A stretch of DNA of 64,000 bases from the NCBI GenBank assembly GCA_002317215.1, contig DCJD01000010.1, positions 8,486 to 72,485 on the forward strand, given 5' to 3'. Position numbers and translations under genes: made by a program. The notes beneath the pieces are model-generated. The model ran no database searches. It saw only the letters and a program-made list of their open reading frames with translations, and was not told the origin of the DNA. This DNA comes from Bacillales bacterium UBA1709 (GTDB lineage: Bacteria; Bacillota_I; Bacilli_A; RFN20; UBA1709). Below, piece after piece: positions 8,400 to 16,945 of this stretch (positions within the stretch are counted from its first letter, which is position 1; the number at the start of each line of letters is the position of its first letter).

Positions 8400-10160
8400 C
8401 TATTTACTTTCTAATGCATATAATTGATATGCTTTATTTACAAGATCTTTAATGATTTGTGGCGAGTATGTAGATTTTGAAGCAGTAGTAGCTTTACCGC
8501 AAACTAGTGCATCAACAGCAGCTTGACCATTGCCAACTACTTGTTCGCTAACAAACTTACCATAATATGAAGTATCAGTTCCAGCCATCTTTTCATCAAT
8601 GAAACCAACACCTTGAACCTTATCTTGTTTATCAATAACAACTAATCCCACTACATTTAATGGAATTGGGTATCCTTCAGCTGAGATGCTTGCTTTGCTA
8701 CCCATTGCTTTTTCATAATCAATAACGTAAGCATATGCAACTACTTCATCACCATTTTTAACAAGATATTTACTATCTAATGTAGATTCATTACTGAATG
8801 TATAACCTACTTCGACGTCATCACTATATTTGCAATATCTTTCATTTTCATTTAAAGCTACTGCTGATTGTAATTGTGCATCTTGTGCATAATTTAATCC
8901 GTCTTTATTAACGACACCAATGTGAGTTACTTGACCGCTTGCCATAAATCCTAAGCAGATTGCAGCAATAACAACACCTAATCCTAAACCAGCAACTTTA
9001 ACTGGATAGTGTCTATTTGTCTTGCCTTTAATTGCAGCATCAATAGCAGGGCTAATCAAGTTTGCTAAAGCAATTGAGAACATTGCACCTTCTGGATAAC
9101 CGCCTTTAATTCTAATTAAAACAGTCATAAATCCAGCAAATATTGCACAGATGCTCTTTCCTAAGCTTGAAGTTGGTCCAGTAACTGGATCAGTTAGCAT
9201 AAATACCGCACCAAAGGCAACGCCGCCTAAACCGATGCTAGCGACTAAATATGCTAATACGCTATTGCCAGTTAATGTAGCAATAACAACAGCTGATAAT
9301 GCAACAGTTCCTAAGTAGAATGCTGGTGTTCTCCAGTTAATAACTCCAAGAACTGATAATACAATACCTAAGCCTAAAATTAATACAGTGAATGTTTCGC
9401 CTAAAGCACCAACATATTCACCGAATAATATATTCTCTAAAGTGAAACCTTCAATTAATGAATTTTCAATAACAGCAGCACCTACAGGTCTTGTAGTGTA
9501 AATCCAAAGTTGCGAATTGTTATATACACTAGTAATTGTAGAACCTGTAGCAGCATCAACACCAACAGCAGTTGCTGCTTCGCCTGCTAATTCTGCTGCA
9601 GAAACAGTTTGGATGATTTCAGGAGTTGCTAATGCACTTCCGAAACATAATCCAACGAAAATTCTTGCCATAATTGCAGGATTAAAGATGTTTTTACCAA
9701 AACCACCAAATACATTTTTGCAAACTAATGTTGCAAATACTGAACCAACAATAATTACATAGTAGCTAGTAAATACTGGTAGAGTTAAGGCAAAAATAAT
9801 CCCGGTAATATAAGAATAGTTATGAACTATTGTATGAATGATATCTTTACCTAAAGATATATTCTTGTGTGTTTTATGAACACATAATGTATGGATAACA
9901 TCACATACAATTGAAGTAACAACAGCAACAATAACATTTAGTATTGCTTTTAATCCATAATCAACATATGGGAGTTGTTCTTCAATATCTAATTCTAAAT
10001 TTTCTAATTCAATATATTCATTAATCTTATCGGATAAATTAAAGTAATAAATAATTCCACTTACCCATACAACAACAAGTGCTGCAAGTAAGATTAACAT
10101 TATTTTTAATGTTGAATTTTTGCTTCTTTGATAAGGAGCAGGATTTGTTCTAAATGCCAT
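8400..10160 (-). CDS. rnfD: Rnf complex subunit D with a long C-terminal extension of about 200 aa
   Basis: NqrB/RnfD-like membrane core with VDAATGSTITS motif. The C-terminal extension contains VDALVCGKATTAS, which is FMN_bind-like. Confidence 0.7.
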   Translation of the reverse strand: MAFRTNPAPYQRSKNSTLKIMLILLAALVVVWVSGIIYYFNLSDKINEYIELENLELDIEEQLPYVDYGLKAILNVIVAVVTSIVCDVIHTLCVHKTHKNISLGKDIIHTIVHNYSYITGIIFALTLPVFTSYYVIIVGSVFATLVCKNVFGGFGKNIFNPAIMARIFVGLCFGSALATPEIIQTVSAAELAGEAATAVGVDAATGSTITSVYNNSQLWIYTTRPVGAAVIENSLIEGFTLENILFGEYVGALGETFTVLILGLGIVLSVLGVINWRTPAFYLGTVALSAVVIATLTGNSVLAYLVASIGLGGVAFGAVFMLTDPVTGPTSSLGKSICAIFAGFMTVLIRIKGGYPEGAMFSIALANLISPAIDAAIKGKTNRHYPVKVAGLGLGVVIAAICLGFMASGQVTHIGVVNKDGLNYAQDAQLQSAVALNENERYCKYSDDVEVGYTFSNESTLDSKYLVKNGDEVVAYAYVIDYEKAMGSKASISAEGYPIPLNVVGLVVIDKQDKVQGVGFIDEKMAGTDTSYYGKFVSEQVVGNGQAAVDALVCGKATTASKSTYSPQIIKDLVNKAYQLYALESK

Positions 10161-10174
10161 AAATTCTTTCCTCC

Positions 10175-11488
10175 TTATTTCTTAGGCATGCTAAGTTTAA
10201 CAATAGCCTTGCCTTTTTTAATTGTCTCAGTAACATCAATTTTACTTGGACAAATATAACTACACATTCCACATTCAATACAACTTAAGATGTCGTATTT
10301 TTTCATACCTTCTACATCTCTTTTTTCAGCTGCTTCTTTTAAAGCAACTGGTTGTAAATATGCTGGACAATGTGCAGTACATTTACCACATCTTAAACAT
10401 GCATCTGCTGTAGCTTGGCAATATTTTAAGACTGTGATTGATCCCATTTGCATTAACATTGGGAATGTATCAAATGATACTGCCTTTGAACACATTGGTC
10501 CACCAGGAATAAAGTTAATATCACCTTCTACTACTCCACCACAAACTTTAATTAATTCGTTTGATAGAGTACCAACAGGGATTAAAACGTTATGTGGGTT
10601 AACTATACCATTACCACTAACTGTAACTAATCTAGTTGCAACAGTCTTACCAGTTGATAAAGTTCTACCAAGTTCAATAACAGTAGTTGCATTATTAACA
10701 GCAACTTTAACTTCACTTGGTAATGTTTTATATTCCTTATGGAATATATTTCTAATTAAGACTCTTTCCCAACCCATTGGGTAAGCATCTTTTGTCTCAA
10801 CTAATCTAATATTAGGATGATCGGCTAATTTTGCTAATACAGCTTCTTTAACTTCATCTTTGTGAACCTTGATAGCAATGATAGCTTCTTTAGCACCGCT
10901 TGCTTTCATTAAGTATTCACAACCTAATAATAATTCGTCAACTCTTTGTTGCATTACGATAAAGTCAGTAGTTAAGTATGGTTCACACTCAATACCGTTA
11001 ACAAGTAATGTTTCAATTTCACTAGATCCATTATATTTAATGTAAGTTGGGAATCCAGCTCCGCCCATACCTACTAGACCAGCCTCTTTAATAGCATCTC
11101 TGATTTTTTCAGCACTATCTTTTAAAGTTACTGTCTTTAATGGTTTTTCCTCATCGTATTTACCATCATTTTCGATAACTACATGAGGGATTGCACGTCC
11201 AACTTGTGGAGAGAAAACATTTTCATTAGCAACAACTTTTCCACTTACTGAAGAGTAAATTGGAACATAGAAATCGCTTCTTAAACCAATTTTAGTTCCA
11301 ACCTTGACCTTGTCCCCTTCTTTTACATCAAATGTAATAGGTTTACCATTTGGGGCCATTGTTGGAAAATAAACTTTTTTAGGAGCATTATTTCCACTTA
11401 CTAATGAGATTATTTCTTCGTGCTTGGTTAATTCTTTGTGGCCATCAATATGTTTTTGGCCTTTTGAACTAAATAAACTCATTTTCAT
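10175..11488 (-). CDS. rnfC: Rnf complex subunit C (NADH-binding, two [4Fe-4S] clusters)
   Basis: GMGGAGFPT nucleotide-binding motif. Cluster motifs CLRCGKCTAHCP and CIECGMCSYICP. Confidence 0.85.
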   Translation of the reverse strand: MKMSLFSSKGQKHIDGHKELTKHEEIISLVSGNNAPKKVYFPTMAPNGKPITFDVKEGDKVKVGTKIGLRSDFYVPIYSSVSGKVVANENVFSPQVGRAIPHVVIENDGKYDEEKPLKTVTLKDSAEKIRDAIKEAGLVGMGGAGFPTYIKYNGSSEIETLLVNGIECEPYLTTDFIVMQQRVDELLLGCEYLMKASGAKEAIIAIKVHKDEVKEAVLAKLADHPNIRLVETKDAYPMGWERVLIRNIFHKEYKTLPSEVKVAVNNATTVIELGRTLSTGKTVATRLVTVSGNGIVNPHNVLIPVGTLSNELIKVCGGVVEGDINFIPGGPMCSKAVSFDTFPMLMQMGSITVLKYCQATADACLRCGKCTAHCPAYLQPVALKEAAEKRDVEGMKKYDILSCIECGMCSYICPSKIDVTETIKKGKAIVKLSMPKK

Positions 11489-11495
11489 TCACCTC

Positions 11496-11514
11496 TTGTG
11501 ATATTATATCACAA
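11496..11514. promoter_or_regulatory. 19-bp perfect palindrome TTGTGATATTATATCACAA immediately upstream of the rnfC RBS; candidate Rex- or CRP/FNR-type operator
   Basis: Read directly from the sequence. It resembles the Rex box TTGTGAA-N4-TTCACAA and the CRP half-sites TGTGA/TCACA. Confidence 0.4.
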
Positions 11515-11623
11515 CACTTTTTCTCTTATCTACTAAAATTAAACATTTATAATTTTATAAATAAAAATTATAGGAGATAAGAAAGAAAAGTGAATGAAAA
11601 TGAGTATTAAAAAAAGACTATTT

Positions 11624-12301
11624 TTAAACAATCTTTAATGTTCTTAAATAGTCTTTTTTACCTTGTTCTATTCTATTTGATTCTATAGCTTTTTGAATTG
11701 ATTTATTCTGAATCCATTTATCTAATTTTTTTGATTCTATTAGTCTAATTGTTTGATCATATTGCTTAATTAAGGCTAAAGAATAATACCATGCGATTGC
11801 AATATTGATGTAATATTCATTTGATTTAATTGTACTTAAAATATCTAAAAATTTTGGATCAAAATCTTCATCTAAAAATAGATTCATAAGACATATAATT
11901 CCAAACCTAACCGTATATGTTTTATCTGATTTTAACCACTCTAAAATATACTCTAAAATATCATCTTTATGCTTCTAAAAAACTAGTGGCATAATAGTAT
12001 CACTTGTGGCCCAATTATCAATATATGGAAGAAAGGAAATAATGCGTGATTTTGCTTCTTCATAATTCTTAATTCTTTGAATTAAGAATCCATGTATTAG
12101 ATTTTCTTCATAATATTCATGAGGTAATTCATCGAAAAAATCATCTATTTTATCCTTAGAAAATTCCTTAACTATTTCTCTTAATTTTGGTACTCTTACA
12201 CCAATGATATTTTCTAATTTATAAGTAGGTGTTAACTTACTAATAAATAACTTATATTTAGCATCAGAATACTCATATAATTTGTCTAAAATTTCTTTCA
12301 T
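11624..12301 (-). pseudogene. DNA alkylation repair protein (AlkD/HEAT-repeat family) interrupted by an in-frame TAG at 11975..11977
   Basis: ORFs 11975..12301 and 11624..11887 are in the same frame. Reading through the TAG gives one continuous AlkD-like protein of about 225 aa (...IMPLVF*KHKDDILEYILEWLKSDKTYTVRFGIICLMNLFLDEDF...). Confidence 0.6.
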
Positions 12302-12338
12302 ATTTTTTCAATCTAAATTATATACATAAAAGCCCCAA

Positions 12339-12378
12339 TATTGAAATATTAATTCAACACTTGGGGCTAATTTATGTT
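12339..12378. terminator. stem-loop agccccaa...ttggggct plus T-tract downstream of the tRNA array
   Basis: Inverted repeat followed by TTTT on the minus strand. Confidence 0.4.
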
Positions 12379-12379
12379 G

Positions 12380-12468
12380 TGGTGCCCGGAACGGGAATTG
12401 AACCCGTAAGGAAGTCGCCTTCCGCAGGATTTTAAGTCCTGTGCGTCTACCTATTCCGCCACCCGGGC
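12380..12468 (-). tRNA. tRNA-Leu (anticodon TAA), type II, CCA encoded
   Basis: Manual fold: acceptor gcccggg/cccgggc, anticodon loop cuUAAaa, long variable arm. Confidence 0.8.
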
Positions 12469-12476
12469 ATTAGTAA

Positions 12477-12552
12477 TGGTGACCCGCTGGAGATTCGAAC
12501 TCCAGACCCCTTGATTAAAAGTCAAGTGCTCTACCGACTGAGCTAGCGGATC
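12477..12552 (-). tRNA. tRNA-Lys (anticodon TTT)
   Basis: Manual fold: anticodon stem cttga/tcaag, loop ctTTTaa. Confidence 0.8.
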
Positions 12553-12556
12553 ATAT

Positions 12557-12632
12557 TGGCTGGGGTAGCTGGATTCGGACCAGCGGAATGCCAGAGTCAA
12601 AGTCTAGTGCCTTACCACTTGGCTATACCCCA
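12557..12632 (-). tRNA. tRNA-Gln (anticodon TTG)
   Basis: Manual fold: 76 nt, anticodon loop ctTTGac. Confidence 0.8.
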
Positions 12633-12638
12633 AGAAAA

Positions 12639-12723
12639 TGGTGGAGGAGGACAGATTTGAACTGCCGAACCCGGTGGGAAATGATTTACAGTCATCTGCG
12701 TTTGGCCTCTTCGCTACTCCTCC
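12639..12723 (-). tRNA. tRNA-Tyr (anticodon GTA), long variable arm
   Basis: Similar to Bacillus tRNA-Tyr. Anticodon loop ctGTAaa. The exact 5' end is uncertain by 1 nt. Confidence 0.7.
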
Positions 12724-12739
12724 ACGAAGCATTAATTTA

Positions 12740-12815
12740 ATGGTGGATGCTGAGGGGCTCGAACCCACGACATCCACCTTGTAAGGGTGGCGCTCTCCCA
12801 GCTGAGCTAAGCATC
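12740..12815 (-). tRNA. tRNA-Val (anticodon TAC)
   Basis: Manual fold: 76 nt, anticodon loop ctTACaa. Confidence 0.8.
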
Positions 12816-13089
12816 CATTAATATTAATGCTTTTTAATTTTAATTGATAAATTATTATTAGTCAATAAATAAATCAAAAAGGACACTAAACAATCAATTT
12901 ATTTGTTTTGGCATTTAAGCTAATCTTAAATCACTTAGATATGATATACCTTTTTGAATTATATGTTAATAGAAAAAGCAAAATATAATCAAATCTTATA
13001 TATTTTCAATACACTGATAGTGGTTGTCGTAGCAAAGGCTAATTTTTACATATATATAAATAAATTTATAAGAAAATTCATAAAATAGT

Positions 13090-13260
13090 TGATTTTTATC
13101 ATTTTCTCACATAATGTATATACGTGTGTGCGAAGAAGCCAGAGGTTGCTAGGTGCGTACTTCTCTAAACGCAAAGAGAAGTTGTCATGAGCGCATTACT
13201 AGGTAATTTTGGTGGAGCACGTCTATGCAATGAATTTAGACATAAAGGAGGAAATTATTC
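13090..13260 (+). promoter_or_regulatory. S10 operon promoter (TTGATT...cataat) and a GC-rich structured 5' leader upstream of rpsJ
   Basis: A -35/-10-like pair at 13090..13120. A GC-rich segment follows at 13121..13230 (acgtgtgtgcgaagaagccagaggttgctaggtgcgtacttctctaaacgcaaagagaag...) in an otherwise AT-rich intergenic region. This is typical of an autoregulatory ribosomal-protein leader. Confidence 0.4.
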
Positions 13261-13572
13261 ATGGCAGAAAAGCAAAGAATTAGGATTAAACTTAAAGCTT
13301 TCGATCATAAGATACTAGATGATAGTGCTCAAAAGATTGTTGAAGCAGCAAAGAAATCCGGGGCTAAAGTTGTAGGCCCAGTACCACTTCCAACCGAGAA
13401 GCAAGTATATACACTATTAAGAGCTGTTCATAAATACAAGGACGCTCGTGAGCAATTTGAAATTAGAACTCACAAAAGATTAATCGATATCGTAGACTTA
13501 CAACCAACTACAGTTAATCAATTAACTAATTTGGTTTTACCAAGTGGTGTTGATATCGAAATCAAATTATAA
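13261..13572 (+). CDS. rpsJ: 30S ribosomal protein S10
   Basis: Conserved sequence. First gene of the S10 operon. Confidence 0.95.
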   Translation: MAEKQRIRIKLKAFDHKILDDSAQKIVEAAKKSGAKVVGPVPLPTEKQVYTLLRAVHKYKDAREQFEIRTHKRLIDIVDLQPTTVNQLTNLVLPSGVDIEIKL

Positions 13573-13588
13573 TCGGGGGTAGAGAAAT

Positions 13589-14425
13589 ATGAAATCTATT
13601 CTTGGAAGAAAAGTAGGTATGACTCAAGTATTTACTACTAGTGGTGAAGTAGTACCAGTTACAGTCATTGAAGTCTTACCAAATGTAGTCTTACAAAAGA
13701 AGACAATCGAATCTGATGGATACAATGCACTTCAAGTCGGTTATGAAGATAAAAGAGTATCATTAGCAACTAAACCAGAAAATGGTATTGTTGAAAAAGC
13801 AAAAACTGCACCAAAGAAATTCGTTAGAGAATTAAAAGGCGATGAATTAGAAAAATACAACGTTGGTGATGAAATCAAAGTTGATATTTTCCAAAGCGGC
13901 GAAGCTGTAGACGTTACTGGTAAAACAAAAGGTAAAGGATTCAGCGGTGTCATTAAGAGATATGGATTCCAAAGAGGTCCTATGGGACATGGTTCTGGAT
14001 ATCATAGAGGAGTAGGTTCACTTGCTACTAGTGGTAGATGGAATAACAGAATCCACCCAGGAAAGAAAATGCCTGGTCATCATGGATTTACTACAAAGAC
14101 AGTTTTAAATCTAGTTGTTGTAAGTGTTGATGTTGAAAACAACGTTATGTTAGTTAAAGGACCAGTTCCAGGAGCTAATAGATCACTTGTAGTAATTAGA
14201 ACTGCTGTTAAAGCTCAAAAGAAAGCTGCTCAACCATTTGAGTTAGTTAAATATGAAGCTCCAGTAGTTGAAACTGTAGTTGAAGAAGTTCCAACTGAAG
14301 AAGAAGTAACAGTTGAAGTTACTAATACTCAAGAATTAACTGCTGAAGAAACAATTCAAGAAGCAGTAGAAGCTAATAAAGAAGCAGAAGCAAACACTCC
14401 TGCTAACGAAGAAGCTGCTGAATAG
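13589..14425 (+). CDS. rplC: 50S ribosomal protein L3 with an acidic C-terminal extension of about 70 aa
   Basis: Conserved L3 core. The extra tail is E/V/T-rich. Confidence 0.95.
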   Translation: MKSILGRKVGMTQVFTTSGEVVPVTVIEVLPNVVLQKKTIESDGYNALQVGYEDKRVSLATKPENGIVEKAKTAPKKFVRELKGDELEKYNVGDEIKVDIFQSGEAVDVTGKTKGKGFSGVIKRYGFQRGPMGHGSGYHRGVGSLATSGRWNNRIHPGKKMPGHHGFTTKTVLNLVVVSVDVENNVMLVKGPVPGANRSLVVIRTAVKAQKKAAQPFELVKYEAPVVETVVEEVPTEEEVTVEVTNTQELTAEETIQEAVEANKEAEANTPANEEAAE

Positions 14426-14446
14426 AACGAAAGGAGAGTTTATATT

Positions 14447-15079
14447 ATGCCAAAAGTTACAGTTTATAACCAACAAGGCGAAAATGTTGGGTCATTGACA
14501 TTAAAGGCTGAAATCTTCGGTATCGAACCAAACACACAAGTTGTTTATGATGCTGTTAGAGTTTCTCAAAATAACGCCCGTCAAGATACTTCAAAAACTA
14601 AGAAACGTTCTGAAGTCAGTGGTGGAGGCAAAAAGCCTTATCGTCAAAAAGGAACCGGTAATGCAAGACAAGGTTCTACAAGATCTCCACAATGGAGACA
14701 TGGTGGTATCGTATTTGGTCCTACAGGTGATCAAAACCATACAGTAAAACAAAATAAGAAAGAAAGAGAATTAGCTCTTAAATCAGTCTTATCTGCTAAA
14801 GTCAGCGATAAGAAATTCCATGTAGTTGATGAATTCAAGTTTGAAAAAGCATCAACTAAAGAAATGGTTAAAGTATTAGAAGTATTAAAAGCTAATAACA
14901 AACCATTAATCGTTAGAAGCGAAAAATCAATGAATGAACAAGCATTCTTAAGTGCATGTAATGTTGATGGCTTATATGGTGTTATATATTTTGATGAAGT
15001 TAATGTATATGACATATTAAATGCTAATGATGTTATCTTCACTAAAGATGCTATCAAAGAATTAGAGGAGGGATTTTAG
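14447..15079 (+). CDS. rplD: 50S ribosomal protein L4
   Basis: Conserved sequence and operon order. Confidence 0.95.
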   Translation: MPKVTVYNQQGENVGSLTLKAEIFGIEPNTQVVYDAVRVSQNNARQDTSKTKKRSEVSGGGKKPYRQKGTGNARQGSTRSPQWRHGGIVFGPTGDQNHTVKQNKKERELALKSVLSAKVSDKKFHVVDEFKFEKASTKEMVKVLEVLKANNKPLIVRSEKSMNEQAFLSACNVDGLYGVIYFDEVNVYDILNANDVIFTKDAIKELEEGF

Positions 15080-15082
15080 TAT

Positions 15083-15421
15083 ATGGCTACCAAGAAAACA
15101 CAAGAAGTTAGAAAGTTCCCAGTTCCAACTCCTCATGATTATGAAGTCTTAAAGACTCCAGTAGTAACAGAAAAATCAATGAAATTAATGCAAGAACAAA
15201 ATACTATCGTTCTTAAAGTTAATCAAAGCGTTACTGCACCAGAAATTAAACATGCATTCGAAGCAATCTTCAATAAGAAAGTTGCTAGAATCAATACAAT
15301 CAACGTAAGATCAAAAGATAAGAAGTTAGGTAGATTTGAAGGTAGTGTTTCTGCTTATAAGAAAGCTATTATCAAACTAGCTGATGGCGAATCTTTAGAT
15401 TTATTTGAAGAAAGTAAGTAA
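15083..15421 (+). CDS. rplW: 50S ribosomal protein L23
   Basis: Operon position. L23-like sequence with a short N-terminal extension. Confidence 0.9.
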   Translation: MATKKTQEVRKFPVPTPHDYEVLKTPVVTEKSMKLMQEQNTIVLKVNQSVTAPEIKHAFEAIFNKKVARINTINVRSKDKKLGRFEGSVSAYKKAIIKLADGESLDLFEESK

Positions 15422-15435
15422 GGAGGTAAATAATT

Positions 15436-16269
15436 ATGGCTATTAAGAAATATAAACCAACAACAGCTGGTCGTCGTAATATGTCTACATTAGATAACTC
15501 TGCTCTTACTAAAAAGAAACCAGAAAGAAGTCTAGTTGTTCATATTAAGAAAACTGGTGGTAGAAACAATCTTGGTTACATCACTTGCAGACATATCGGT
15601 GGTGGAGCTAAGAAACAATACCGTTTAATTGATTTCAAGAGAAATAAAGATGGTATTATCGGACATGTTCAAGCAATTGAATACGATCCAAACAGAACAA
15701 GTAATATTGCTTTAATCGCTTATGAAGATGGCGAAAAGAGATATATTATTGCTCCTAAAGGTTTAGAAGTTGGCAACAAAGTTGTCTCTGGAGTAGATGC
15801 TGATATTAAAGTAGGTAATGCATTACCTTTAGCAAATATCCCAGAAGGTACATTCATTCACAACATTGAATTAAAACCTGGTTGTGGTGGTCAACTTGTT
15901 AGAAGTGCTGGAACAAGTGCTCAAATCTTAGGTAAAGAAGATAAATATATTATTGTTAGACTTGCTAGTGGTGAAGTTAGAAAAATCTTAGCTACTTGTA
16001 AAGCAACAGTTGGTGAAGTTGGTAATGAAGACCACTCATTAGTACACCTTGGTACTGCTGGTAAGAAGAGACATTTAGGTATCAGACCAACAGTTAGAGG
16101 TAGCGCAATGAACCCTTGCGATCACCCTCATGGTGGTGGTGAAGGTAAATGTCCTGTCGGACGTGATGCTCCTAGAACTCCTTGGGGTAAGAGAGCACTT
16201 GGCGTCAAGACAAGAAATATGAAGAAAGCTTCTTCTAAGTTAATTATTAGAAGAGTCAATGATAAATAG
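15436..16269 (+). CDS. rplB: 50S ribosomal protein L2
   Basis: Conserved sequence. Confidence 0.95.
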   Translation: MAIKKYKPTTAGRRNMSTLDNSALTKKKPERSLVVHIKKTGGRNNLGYITCRHIGGGAKKQYRLIDFKRNKDGIIGHVQAIEYDPNRTSNIALIAYEDGEKRYIIAPKGLEVGNKVVSGVDADIKVGNALPLANIPEGTFIHNIELKPGCGGQLVRSAGTSAQILGKEDKYIIVRLASGEVRKILATCKATVGEVGNEDHSLVHLGTAGKKRHLGIRPTVRGSAMNPCDHPHGGGEGKCPVGRDAPRTPWGKRALGVKTRNMKKASSKLIIRRVNDK

Positions 16270-16283
16270 GAGGTATAGGTCAT

Positions 16284-16577
16284 ATGGCAAGAAGCGTTAA
16301 AAAGGGACCATTTGTCGATGCTCACTTAATGAAAAAAGTACAAGCATTAAATGAATCTCATAAAAAAGAAGTTATTAAAACCTGGTCAAGAAGATCTACT
16401 ATCTTCCCAGAATTCGTTGAACATACATTCGCTGTACATAACGGAAGAGAACATGTTCCAGTTTATGTAACAGAAGATATGATCGGACACAAGCTTGGAG
16501 AATTTGCTCCAACTAGAAAATATACTGGTCATACTGGTCATACTGCAGAAGATAAAGCTGCAGCAGCTAGTAAATAG
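16284..16577 (+). CDS. rpsS: 30S ribosomal protein S19
   Basis: Conserved sequence. Confidence 0.95.
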   Translation: MARSVKKGPFVDAHLMKKVQALNESHKKEVIKTWSRRSTIFPEFVEHTFAVHNGREHVPVYVTEDMIGHKLGEFAPTRKYTGHTGHTAEDKAAAASK

Positions 16578-16589
16578 GAGGTAACTTAA

Positions 16590-16934
16590 ATGGAAAACAA
16601 TACTGCTTATGCAATAGCAAAAACTGTTAGAGTTACTCCTCGTAAAGCTCGTTTAGTTATCGATTTAGTTAGAGGCAAAACTGTTAACGAAGCAAAAGCA
16701 ATCTTAGCAAACACTGATAAAGCTGTTGCTCCAATTGTTTTAAAGGTAGTTAATAGTGCTGCTGCTAATGCTATAAATAACTTTAATATGAATGCTGATC
16801 GTTTATACATTTGTGAAGCATATGCTAATGAAGGTATTAGAATGAAAAGATTCATGCCAAGAGCAAAAGGTAGTGCTAGCGGTTTAGTTAAAAGAACTTG
16901 CCACATCTTTGTTAGAGTGGCTGAAAGAGGATAG
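16590..16934 (+). CDS. rplV: 50S ribosomal protein L22
   Basis: Conserved sequence. Confidence 0.95.
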   Translation: MENNTAYAIAKTVRVTPRKARLVIDLVRGKTVNEAKAILANTDKAVAPIVLKVVNSAAANAINNFNMNADRLYICEAYANEGIRMKRFMPRAKGSASGLVKRTCHIFVRVAERG

Positions 16935-16945
16935 GAGGTAATACT

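Noticed and set aside
9517-10784. Plus-strand ORFs 9517..9762 and 10290..10784 inside rnfD and rnfC
   Set aside because: They are antisense to well-supported Rnf subunit genes. Their translations are Ala/Thr/Pro-rich mirror products.
11888-11977. My initial reading of the AlkD-like split as a +1/-1 frameshift in the T6 run at about 11978..11983
   Set aside because: Coordinate arithmetic shows both parts are in the same frame. The interruption is a single in-frame TAG codon, not a homopolymer frameshift.
12639-12723. Possible U1:C72 mismatch at the top of the tRNA-Tyr acceptor stem
   Set aside because: It depends on a 1-nt ambiguity in where I place the 5' end. Without a covariance-model fold I cannot tell a real mismatch from my boundary choice, so I report only the gene.
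14731-15057. Antisense ORFs inside the ribosomal operon (14731..15057, 16607..16954, 18203..18850, 19123..19608, 19618..19842, 19870..20088, 20933..21133, 21509..21787 and similar)
   Set aside because: They lie entirely within, and opposite to, highly conserved ribosomal protein genes. They have low-complexity translations and no RBS. They are shadow ORFs of AT-rich coding sequence.
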